A program made the position numbers and the translations under genes. DNA of 18,528 bases from Candidatus Zixiibacteriota bacterium (GTDB taxonomy: Bacteria; Zixibacteria; MSB-5A5; GN15; FEB-12), in contig JBGSIV010000277.1 of assembly GCA_041742355.1 (NCBI GenBank), forward strand, positions 1 through 18,528, in the 5' to 3' direction. The notes beneath the pieces were generated by a model. That model saw nothing but the letters and a program-made list of their open reading frames with translations. It searched no databases and was not told the DNA's origin. Positions within the stretch are counted from its first letter, which is position 1, and the number at the start of each line of letters is the position of its first letter. Below, in pieces: positions 9,081-16,786 of this stretch.

Positions 9081-9436
9081 GCAAGAAGAAGACGGGCAAA
9101 TCGACGACCGACGAGTTCGAGGACGCCATTCGCAAGCGGGCGCGCCGCAAATACGTGTTCCGCCTGTTCGTGACCGGCCTGACCCCCCGATCGCTGGAAG
9201 CGATCGAAAATGTGCGCGCGCTGTGCGAAGAGCATCTCAAGGGGCACTACGAGTTGGATGTGGTCGATGTATACAAGGAACCGGAAGTCGCCAGGGAACA
9301 CCAGGTCATTGCCGCCCCCACCCTGATCAAAAAGCTCCCCCTCCCGCTGCGCAGATTTGTTGGCGACATGACCCGGACGGAAAAGGTGTTGGCCGGGCTC
9401 GATATTCGTATCATCGATGAGAAAGATCAGGTATAA
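9077..9436 (+). CDS. kaiB: KaiB family protein (copy 2)
   Basis: [47 protein letters not shown] overlap with copy 1. Confidence 0.93.
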   Translation: MSKKKTGKSTTDEFEDAIRKRARRKYVFRLFVTGLTPRSLEAIENVRALCEEHLKGHYELDVVDVYKEPEVAREHQVIAAPTLIKKLPLPLRRFVGDMTRTEKVLAGLDIRIIDEKDQV

Positions 9437-9441
9437 CTAGC

Positions 9442-10728
9442 ATGCCCTCGCGAGCACAGAAACGGCTCGAACCGGCCAAGACCGTCTCCCAGCTTCGAGA
9501 CCGACTCACCGAGCTGGAACAGACGCTGGATGCCATCCGCAACGGGCAGGTCGACGCCGTGGTCGACTACAACGGCAACGTGTTCACCCTCCAGGGGGCT
9601 GACACCGCCTACCGCGTTATGGTCGAAACCATGAGTGAGGGGGCGCTGACGCTCGACGCCGACGGCCTCATTCTCTACGCCAACGCCAGCCTCTGCGCCA
9701 TCCTGGGTGTTCCCCTGTCCGCTGTCGCCGGCCGGTCGATCAAGGAGTTTGTCGCCGAGCGCAGCGCTCCGGCGATGCGAGTTTTCCTCGACCAGTGCAT
9801 CCTCGGACAGACCGTGCACCGCGATTTCGTCCTGCTCACCGCCAACCGGACATCTGTCCCCGTCTACCTCTCGGGAACCCCGATAGACCTGTCCGGACGG
9901 GCAGCTGTGTGTGTCGTCGCCTCCGATCTCTCCGAGCGGGTGGCTGCCGAACGCAAGCTGCTCGAGCTCAACACCGAGCTGGAACGCAAAGTGGCCGACC
10001 GCACCGCCGAGCTGCAGGCCCTCAACGCCAACCTCGAAAACCTCGTCGCCGAGCGCACCCAGCAGGTTCACGACCTCTCCAAAGCCCTTACCATCGCCGA
10101 ACAGAAAGAGCGCCTCCGCTTCTCCCAAGTGCTCCACGACGACCTGCAGCAGATTCTCTTCAGCGCCAAGATCCAGCTCGATATTCTCAAGTCCGAGCTG
10201 CCGTATCCGCGCGCCGAGACGAGGGAGGACATCGATCGCCTCGCCGGCTTGATCGACAAGGGAATTCACGCGTCCAAGTCGCTGGCGCTGGAACTCAATC
10301 CGCCCGTGCTGCGCACCGAAGGGCTGGATGCCTCGTTGCTGTGGCTGGCCAGCCACATGGAGGAACGCTACGACCTGTCTGTTTCCGTCGACCTCCCGCC
10401 CGATACCTCCTATATCCGCGAAACCGACCGCATCCTCATCATCCAGATTGCGCGGGAGCTCCTCTTCAACGTCGTCAAACACGCCCGGGCCCGCGATGTG
10501 TCGATCGTGGGGTACCGATCCAACGGCAACCTCGAGGTGACCATTAAGGACAACGGCGTCGGGTTCAATGTCGAAGAAGTGCGCGGCCGGGACATCCACC
10601 GCTACGGCATGGGCCTGTTCAGCATCGAAGAACGGCTGCACCTTTTCGGGGGCCGACTGCACATAGATTCTCAACCGGGCAAAGGAACGGCCGCAACCAT
10701 TTACATGCCACTGAGCGAGCAAATCTGA
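9442..10728 (+). CDS. Cytoplasmic PAS-domain sensor histidine kinase (HisKA_3/NarX-like core)
   Basis: N-terminal coiled coil, PAS (VETMSEGALTLDADGLILYANAS), H-box LHDDLQQIL, N-box RELLFNVVKHA, IKDNGVGF, GMGLFSIEERL, GKGT. No TM segment seen. Confidence 0.93.
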   Translation: MPSRAQKRLEPAKTVSQLRDRLTELEQTLDAIRNGQVDAVVDYNGNVFTLQGADTAYRVMVETMSEGALTLDADGLILYANASLCAILGVPLSAVAGRSIKEFVAERSAPAMRVFLDQCILGQTVHRDFVLLTANRTSVPVYLSGTPIDLSGRAAVCVVASDLSERVAAERKLLELNTELERKVADRTAELQALNANLENLVAERTQQVHDLSKALTIAEQKERLRFSQVLHDDLQQILFSAKIQLDILKSELPYPRAETREDIDRLAGLIDKGIHASKSLALELNPPVLRTEGLDASLLWLASHMEERYDLSVSVDLPPDTSYIRETDRILIIQIARELLFNVVKHARARDVSIVGYRSNGNLEVTIKDNGVGFNVEEVRGRDIHRYGMGLFSIEERLHLFGGRLHIDSQPGKGTAATIYMPLSEQI

Positions 10729-11087
10729 TGCGACGACTGCTTATTGTCGAAGACCACCAGGACATGCAGGTCATGTACCGGGTGATATTCCGAAAGAACC
10801 CGGACATCGAGATCGTGGCCCAGGTTGCCACCGCCGAGGAGGCGCTGGCTATCCTCCCCGACGTCAAGCCCGATCTCGTCATTGTCGACATATCACTGCC
10901 CGGTATGGACGGCATCATGCTTATCGACGAGATCCGCCGAATCTACCCGAACCTCAAGATACTCGTGGCCACCGGCCATGACCCGGAACGCTACCTCGGC
11001 GCCGCCACACGGGCAGGCGCCGACGGCTTCCTGCAGAAGGGGGATGTCGCCGAGATCCGATCCAAAGTGAGCCAGATGTTCGAGTGA
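10728..11087 (+). CDS. Single-domain response regulator (receiver only)
   Basis: IVEDH acidic pocket, phosphoacceptor VDISLPGMDG, conserved Thr (ATGH) and Lys (LQKG); TGATG coupling to the kinase. Confidence 0.94.
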   Translation: MRRLLIVEDHQDMQVMYRVIFRKNPDIEIVAQVATAEEALAILPDVKPDLVIVDISLPGMDGIMLIDEIRRIYPNLKILVATGHDPERYLGAATRAGADGFLQKGDVAEIRSKVSQMFE

Positions 11088-11122
11088 CCCCGCCGGCGCC
11101 GCGCCCACCCCCCGCCCGGACG

Positions 11123-11971
11123 TTACCGGTGCGCCGAATAGGCCGCGGGGAGGTGCACCAGGTGGCACTTGAAACAGCTCTCCTGTCCAATGATCTGGAG
11201 CAGCCGCCCGACCGTCTCCGGCTGGACGGGATCGGCTTCCAGCGCGGGCTTCAAGTCGGCGATTGTCTGCATCACCCGATCGTCCACGAAGTACGCCCGC
11301 TCCGATTCATGGCATGCGGTGCAGGTCTCTTTCAGTGTCGCATACCGCGCCGCCAGCCCCTGTGCATGGCCCCGGGCGTTCTCAATCTGACCCTGCTGCA
11401 GGTCGTTGCCGATCCCGGACAGGTCCGACTCAATGAGGTGCATGAGCTGCACGAACGAGGCATCGTGTCCGGTCATGGGATCGGTCACCGCAATCACGCC
11501 GAAATCCCCCCAGTGGAAACGCTGCTGCACCGGGACCATCGCGCTCGCATGGCAGTTGTGGCACGCCTTGCCGATCGCCTCGGCCGCCTGCATCACTCCC
11601 GCTTGTTCGCCGGTCTTGATCGCCCTGCCGAGTTCGTCCACCGGCCCGATCGGGTAGGCCTGCTCCCACTCCGGCACCATGGCGGCTACCTTGAGGTACT
11701 GGGCCTTGAAGGCCTCGAAATTCGCCAGGGCATTCGCCTGGTCCCCCTCAAAGAGGTCCGACATCATCCCCGAGAAGGGAGCCGAGAGCTTGTGCATCTC
11801 CATCAGGTAGAGCGGCCCGGGCGCTTTCGGGGGGTAGAATCCCTCCAGCGAGACGGGCACAACCGCCGGCTGCGCCGCCTCCGAGCTCTCCGGAACACCC
11901 GTCCAACCGGGCATCGTAACAACCACAGCCACCGCCACCGGCAGCAGCACCAGGAACAGAATCCGTCTCAC
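11123..11971 (-). CDS. Exported triheme c-type cytochrome (cytochrome c'-like helical domains)
   Basis: Signal peptide MRRILFLVLLPVAVAVVV; three CxxCH (CHNCH, CTACH, CFKCH); GGAGGAG RBS before the GTG. Confidence 0.85.
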   Translation of the reverse strand: MRRILFLVLLPVAVAVVVTMPGWTGVPESSEAAQPAVVPVSLEGFYPPKAPGPLYLMEMHKLSAPFSGMMSDLFEGDQANALANFEAFKAQYLKVAAMVPEWEQAYPIGPVDELGRAIKTGEQAGVMQAAEAIGKACHNCHASAMVPVQQRFHWGDFGVIAVTDPMTGHDASFVQLMHLIESDLSGIGNDLQQGQIENARGHAQGLAARYATLKETCTACHESERAYFVDDRVMQTIADLKPALEADPVQPETVGRLLQIIGQESCFKCHLVHLPAAYSAHR

Positions 11972-12179
11972 AGCACTCCTCCATTTGCTTCTCGATAAAG
12001 TTGGGTTAACCGACTACCGGGCGCGCCGATACTCCGGCCCGTCACTGCGCGATCGCCCACCGCCTCACGGCGGCACAATGCGGACGAGCACAGGTGTTAC
12101 GCTGCAAATGATGAGAGACACACGGAAGAATCCGGGGAAGCACGATCGCTCCACCGGTAATCGGCAGTACAGCTGCCAT

Positions 12180-12222
12180 ATGATACGAAGCCCCTGCCGA
12201 AAAGATCCTTGACTTAGATCAA
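12180..12222 (-). promoter_or_regulatory. FNR/CRP-family box with class II promoter geometry
   Basis: TTGAC-TTAG-ATCAA (12209-12222), 9/10 match to TTGAT-N4-ATCAA. Minus-strand -10 TATCAT at 12185-12180 places the box centre near -42. Confidence 0.7.
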
Positions 12223-12275
12223 AGGGGAGGCACGAAAACAGGATCGGGAGTGCTGTCCTGAAGAACCATCCCGCA

Positions 12276-12401
12276 TCACACCTCAGGCTGCTTTGTCCCC
12301 CGGTGGCGGCACCAACTCACCACCAGCATTCCCACCACCACGATTCCACCCAGCACGGCCGCGAGTATCACAGCCATCGAAAGCGTAAACCACCAACTCA
12401 T
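12276..12401 (-). CDS. Small single-pass membrane protein, 41 aa (not in ORF track)
   Basis: AAGGAGGT-N5-ATG, then MSWWFTLSMAVILAAVLGGIVVVGMLVVSWCRHRGTKQPEV: a hydrophobic helix followed by a basic tail. Confidence 0.7.
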   Translation of the reverse strand: MSWWFTLSMAVILAAVLGGIVVVGMLVVSWCRHRGTKQPEV

Positions 12402-12589
12402 AACGGACCTCCTTGAGGCGTTCGGGAGCGGTTGCTATCGGTCGTGTATCGAATGCGTGATCGTCGGATTCATGAGGCCGGCCGTTTGCCGACAACAGGC
12501 GGCGTGCGAAGTCCCACGTTTCCGGTCGTTTCCGGAAGTACCGCAGCCTGTCGAGAAGGAGAAGGGCCTGGTGTCGTCCGAGAATTACC

Positions 12590-12628
12590 TTGACAATTCA
12601 GACCCTTTTTGTTTTGTTATAGTATAAT
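12590..12628 (+). promoter_or_regulatory. AT-rich promoter region of the octaheme cytochrome operon
   Basis: Extended -10 TGTTATAGT (12615-12623) overlaps TATAAT (12623-12628). TTGACA at 12590-12595 is at non-canonical spacing. Confidence 0.5.
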
Positions 12629-12668
12629 ACATCCACTTCTCCACGCAAGCACTAATTTGGGGTGGTCA

Positions 12669-13403
12669 ATGGCGCGAATACCTCAGCAAATGATCCCCGT
12701 GGGCATCATCGGCGTCCTGCTCCTGGCCACCTTCATTATCGCCCGCCAGATCTTCGTCCCCGAAACATTCGGTGAACTCGGTCACTACCGGGCCGCGGCG
12801 ATTGGCGAGGTTGCCGCCCAACCGGCTGTCTACGCGGGTTTTGCCGTCTGCCTCGAGTGCCACGAAGACGTCTACCTTCACAAGCAGACATCGAGCCATA
12901 CCGGCCTTGCCTGCGAAACCTGCCACGGTCCTGCGGCGGCGCATGCTCAGGCACCCGATGAAGCCCTGCCGACGGTGCCTCGCGGCCGGGAGCACTGCGA
13001 GTTGTGCCACAGCTACAACGCGGCGCGCCCCTCGGGTTTCCCGCAGATTCTCGCCGACCGCCATAATCCCGGGGACCCGTGTATCACCTGCCACGACGCC
13101 CATGCTCCGCGGATGCCGATCGCCGAGGGGGACTGCGGTGCGTGTCACGGCGAGATCGCCCACCAGAAGGCGGTTTCAAAACATGCCCGACTCGAGTGCA
13201 CGCAGTGCCACGTTGTCCCGGCCGAACACTTCACCAATCCGCGCACGGTGGCCGCCGCCCGACCGCAAGCGCGGGATGTCTGCGGCGCCTGCCATGCCCG
13301 TGGCGCGGACAGCTCGAGAGAAATCCCCCGCATCGATCTTGACACCCATGGCGGCCGCTACAACTGCTGGGACTGCCACTACCCCCATCTGCCGGAGGCC
13401 TGA
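12669..13403 (+). CDS. Membrane-anchored octaheme cytochrome c
   Basis: ATG 12669 preferred over TTG 12609; N-terminal TM helix. Eight CxxCH: CLECH, CETCH, CELCH, CITCH, CGACH, CTQCH, CGACH, CWDCH. Confidence 0.92.
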   Translation: MARIPQQMIPVGIIGVLLLATFIIARQIFVPETFGELGHYRAAAIGEVAAQPAVYAGFAVCLECHEDVYLHKQTSSHTGLACETCHGPAAAHAQAPDEALPTVPRGREHCELCHSYNAARPSGFPQILADRHNPGDPCITCHDAHAPRMPIAEGDCGACHGEIAHQKAVSKHARLECTQCHVVPAEHFTNPRTVAAARPQARDVCGACHARGADSSREIPRIDLDTHGGRYNCWDCHYPHLPEA

Positions 13404-13405
13404 GG

Positions 13406-14197
13406 ATGGAAGAAACCCCGACCAACAGCACCCCCGAGATGCCGCGCCGCGATTTCCTTGGCGCCTGCCTGCGCACGTTGCCCACGGTGGTGGCCGTCGC
13501 CATAGTCGTCGACTCGGGGAGACTCCTTGCCGACGATACCGACGGCGACCCCGGATACAAACCCGAAGAGCACTCCTACGGCATGGGAGTCGATATCCAC
13601 AAGTGCATCGGGTGCGGACGGTGCGCCGAAGCCTGCAAGCGGGAGAACGATGTCCCCCGGGAGCCGATCTTTTTCCGCACGTGGGTTGAGCGCTACGCTG
13701 TCCCGGCCGAGGGGGAGGCCCGCGTCGACAGCCCCAACGGCGGGATCGACGGTTTCCGGCCGTACGACGACGACACCGAAACGATTCGCACGTTCTTCGT
13801 TCCCAAACTCTGCAACCACTGCGAGAATGCTCCCTGCGTGCAGGTCTGCCCAGTCGGCGCCACATTCCAGTCCCCCGACGGCGTGGTGCTGGTCGACGCC
13901 AACTACTGTGTCGGCTGCCGTTACTGCATCCAGGCCTGCCCGTATGGCGCACGGTACCTCCACCCCGAGAAAAAGGTGGCCGACAAGTGCACCTTCTGTT
14001 ACCATCGCATTACGAAAGGGGCTCTGCCCGCCTGTGTCGAGGTCTGCCCCACCCAGGCGCGCGTCTTCGGCGAGGTCGGCCCGCGCAGCAGCCCGCTCCA
14101 TCGCTTCCTGCGCTTCAACGACTGCACCACCCTGAAGTCCTGGCTCAACACCAAACCCAAAGTGTTCTACGCCGGCGCCGGCGATGAAGTCCGGTAG
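13406..14197 (+). CDS. Tat-exported 4x[4Fe-4S] protein, NrfC/DmsB/TtrB family
   Basis: Tat motif PRRDFL; CIGCGRCAEAC, CNHCENAPCVQVCP, CVGCRYCIQACP, KCTFC...PACVEVCP. Confidence 0.94.
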   Translation: MEETPTNSTPEMPRRDFLGACLRTLPTVVAVAIVVDSGRLLADDTDGDPGYKPEEHSYGMGVDIHKCIGCGRCAEACKRENDVPREPIFFRTWVERYAVPAEGEARVDSPNGGIDGFRPYDDDTETIRTFFVPKLCNHCENAPCVQVCPVGATFQSPDGVVLVDANYCVGCRYCIQACPYGARYLHPEKKVADKCTFCYHRITKGALPACVEVCPTQARVFGEVGPRSSPLHRFLRFNDCTTLKSWLNTKPKVFYAGAGDEVR

Positions 14198-14208
14198 GAG
14201 GAGCCGCC

Positions 14209-15405
14209 ATGCACTCGATACTCAACGAACTGCCCCACATCACCGGCTACATGTACCCGAACGAGTATGAACTCCACTGGAGCATCCTCATTGTCGTTTA
14301 CCCGTATCTTACCGGTTTGGTCACCGGCGCCTTCATCCTCGCTTCGCTCGAACGGGTCTTCAACGTCAAAGCCCTCCAGCCCGTCTACCGCCTCTCCCTC
14401 CTCACCGCCCTGTCCTTTCTCCTGATCGCCCCGCTCCCCCTCCTGGCCCACCTCGGCCACCCGGAGCGGGCGTTCTCGATGTTCCTCACACCGCACACCA
14501 AGTCGGCCATGGCGATGTTCGGCTTCGTGTACGCCTGGTACCTCATGGTCGTCCTGCTCCTGGAGATCTGGTTCGACTACCGCAAGGATATCGTCCTGTG
14601 GTCCCGCCAGCACACCGGTTTCAAGCGTCTCGTATACAAGGCACTGACCCTGGGCGCCACCGACATCTCCGAGGCGGCCGTGAAGTTCGACCACAAAATC
14701 GGCAAGATCATCACTATTATAGGTATTCCCTCCGCCTTCCTTCTCCACGGCTATGTCGGCTTCATCTTCGGCTCGGTCAAAGCCAACCCGTGGTGGAGCA
14801 GTGTGCTCATGCCGATCGTCTTTCTCTTCTCGGCGATTGTTTCCGGGATTGCCATGGTCATGCTCCTGTACATGATCTCCTCGATGTTCCGGTGGAAACA
14901 GATCGACATGGCCTGTGTGAAGAAACTCGGCGAACTGCTCTTCTACGCCATCCTGGTCGATTTCTCCCTCGAGCTGCTCGATTTCATCCAGCGGCTGTAC
15001 GAATCCGAGGAATCGATCACCATTCTCTCGGAGATGGTATCCAGTCGGCTGTTCATAAGCCTGATTATCTCGCAGATCATTCTCGGGACAATCGCACCGC
15101 TCGTGGCCCTGGGGATGGGGCGGTTCGGACGGTGGCCGGATGAGATGCGCCGCGTACTCTTCCTCATCGCAGGCATTCTCGTGCAGGTGGGTATCTTCAG
15201 CACCCGCTGGAATGTCGTGATCGGCGGCCAGCTCTTCTCCAAGAGCCTGCGTGGCCTGACAACCTATAAGCTCGAGCTCTTCGGGATCGAAGGACTATTG
15301 ACCGCGATCGTGCTCCTGGTCACCCCATTCATAATACTCTGGGTGCTGTCCAAGTGGCTGAAGCCCTGGTTTGAAAGCGAAGTGGATCTGTCGGCAGGAC
15401 GCTGA
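14209..15405 (+). CDS. NrfD/PsrC-family integral membrane quinol-interacting subunit
   Basis: WSILIVVYPYLTGLVTGAF, AHLGHPER, LHGYVGFIF, PIVFLFSAIVSG, RWNVVIGGQ. Many TM helices; follows the NrfC-like gene. Confidence 0.92.
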   Translation: MHSILNELPHITGYMYPNEYELHWSILIVVYPYLTGLVTGAFILASLERVFNVKALQPVYRLSLLTALSFLLIAPLPLLAHLGHPERAFSMFLTPHTKSAMAMFGFVYAWYLMVVLLLEIWFDYRKDIVLWSRQHTGFKRLVYKALTLGATDISEAAVKFDHKIGKIITIIGIPSAFLLHGYVGFIFGSVKANPWWSSVLMPIVFLFSAIVSGIAMVMLLYMISSMFRWKQIDMACVKKLGELLFYAILVDFSLELLDFIQRLYESEESITILSEMVSSRLFISLIISQIILGTIAPLVALGMGRFGRWPDEMRRVLFLIAGILVQVGIFSTRWNVVIGGQLFSKSLRGLTTYKLELFGIEGLLTAIVLLVTPFIILWVLSKWLKPWFESEVDLSAGR

Positions 15406-15421
15406 CCGATACGCCAAAGAG

Positions 15422-15453
15422 AAAGGCACGGTCCTTTGGGCCCGTGCCTTTTT
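15422..15453. terminator. Intrinsic terminator, probably bidirectional
   Basis: aaaggcacgg...ccgtgccttttt stem-loop with T-tail, between convergent genes. Confidence 0.8.
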
Positions 15454-15491
15454 GCTTATGTCCGCCGTATCCTCATCGGATGTCGTGATCG

Positions 15492-15917
15492 TTACTGCCA
15501 GAGGCCGATGATGATCCCCATGAAAATGAACCCGACAATCGAGTAGAGGGTGTTGACGACGCTCAGCGAACACTTCCGCTTCTCCTGTACGTCGTGCATG
15601 AACACGGTGGCCGCCGCGAAACAGACTCCCACGAGCAGGCCGACGATGATTCCGTCGGTCACATCCTCGCCGCGCACCCAGATGAAGATCCGGGCCAGGC
15701 CGTAGGCGCCGAACCAGTTCATGATGAATGTCCAGACAAGATTGAGCGGTGAGAAGTCCGCCTTGACCTGCGCTTCGGTCTTGCCGATACCGCCGGTCCA
15801 AATCCGGCCGAACAACAGCGGCGAATACCACAACGCTCCCAGCACGAAGTACGCGAGAGTGGCGACGAGAACCTTCCAGTAGTTCATCTCGGGCGGAATG
15901 TATATGCTGGCTTCCAT
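15492..15917 (-). CDS. DUF1761-like membrane protein
   Basis: NYWKVLVATLAYFVLGALWYSPLLFGRIW signature; four hydrophobic segments; GGAGG RBS. Confidence 0.8.
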   Translation of the reverse strand: MEASIYIPPEMNYWKVLVATLAYFVLGALWYSPLLFGRIWTGGIGKTEAQVKADFSPLNLVWTFIMNWFGAYGLARIFIWVRGEDVTDGIIVGLLVGVCFAAATVFMHDVQEKRKCSLSVVNTLYSIVGFIFMGIIIGLWQ

Positions 15918-16043
15918 GCGGCACCTCCGGGCAAATGTTTGGTGTGGCTGTCTGGGTTACGTTCGGCGACGTTGCAGAGCAGGGCAAGTTAAAAATGGAG
16001 AGGGGAAGTCCGGGGCGCCCGGCGACCGACGTCCGGATGAAGG

Positions 16044-16217
16044 GCACGACCCTTTAGCGGTCGTGCCTCTGTCATGCCGAGTGGTGAAGCGGGAGCCCCC
16101 AGGCTCTCGCCTCTGTCGTTAGTGCGCGGCAGATGTCCTCATCTGCCGCGTAGGGGCGGGGCTTGTCTCCGCCCTTCCTTTCTTTCCGTCAAACACGCAG
16201 AGCCGTGTTTGACCTAC
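16044..16217. repeat. REP-like palindrome cluster 3
   Basis: Hairpins ggcacgacc/ggtcgtgcc, gcgggagcc/ggctctcgc (like the 2194 unit), cgcggcagatg/catctgccgcg, GTAGGGGCGGGGCTTGTCTCCGCCC, and minus-strand GTAGGTCAAACACG...CGTGTTTGAC. Confidence 0.8.
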
Positions 16218-16771
16218 CGCTCCAGCAGCGGCTCCACCCGCTCGTGCAGCGCCGCCCGGTAGTGCAACCCTCCCACCTCCATCGACCGCATGATCTGCGC
16301 ATACGCCGCGAACTCCGTGAGCTTCGCCGTCCGCACCTCACGGATCTCCCGCGTATCGGTGAAAACGAAATCGCCGGTCACATACCGTGCCTGAAAGACG
16401 AAGGAGGTCCAGGGAATGGTCCCGATTGAGTTGGTAAACGTCACGTGCGACTCCAGGAGGAACCTCTCCAGTTCGATCTGCGTGCCCGTCTCCTCCATCA
16501 CCTCGCGCGCGATGCCGCACTCGAACGACTCCCCCGGGTGCAATCCCCCCGACGGCGCCCGGTACATACCGGGCGGGTAGTGGTGTTTGGCGATAACAAT
16601 GATTGCATCGTCTTTATGGATATACAGCGTGACATCGTGCCGCCGCTCGTTCTTCTGGGTCGAGCGGATGAAACTGAACTCGTCGTCCTTGACCGGAAAT
16701 AAAAAGGTCGCCCGTTCCGGCACTCCGTAGCGGGCGGCCATCGCATCGACCATATCCTGCGTGACAAACAT
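16214..16771 (-). CDS. NUDIX hydrolase
   Basis: Nudix box GGLHPGESFECGIAREVMEETG. Confidence 0.9.
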   Translation of the reverse strand: MFVTQDMVDAMAARYGVPERATFLFPVKDDEFSFIRSTQKNERRHDVTLYIHKDDAIIVIAKHHYPPGMYRAPSGGLHPGESFECGIAREVMEETGTQIELERFLLESHVTFTNSIGTIPWTSFVFQARYVTGDFVFTDTREIREVRTAKLTEFAAYAQIMRSMEVGGLHYRAALHERVEPLLER

Positions 16772-16786
16772 CTGGATACTCCGCTG

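Noticed and set aside
12164..12178. Sigma54-like GG-N10-GC (TGGCAGCTGTACTGC) on the minus strand
   Set aside because: Deviates from TGGCAC-N5-TTGC, and the FNR box with a sigma70 -10 explains the region better.
12283..12495. 70-aa ORF-track call on the minus strand
   Set aside because: No RBS or protein-like features; the overlapping 41-aa frame has a perfect RBS and a TM helix.
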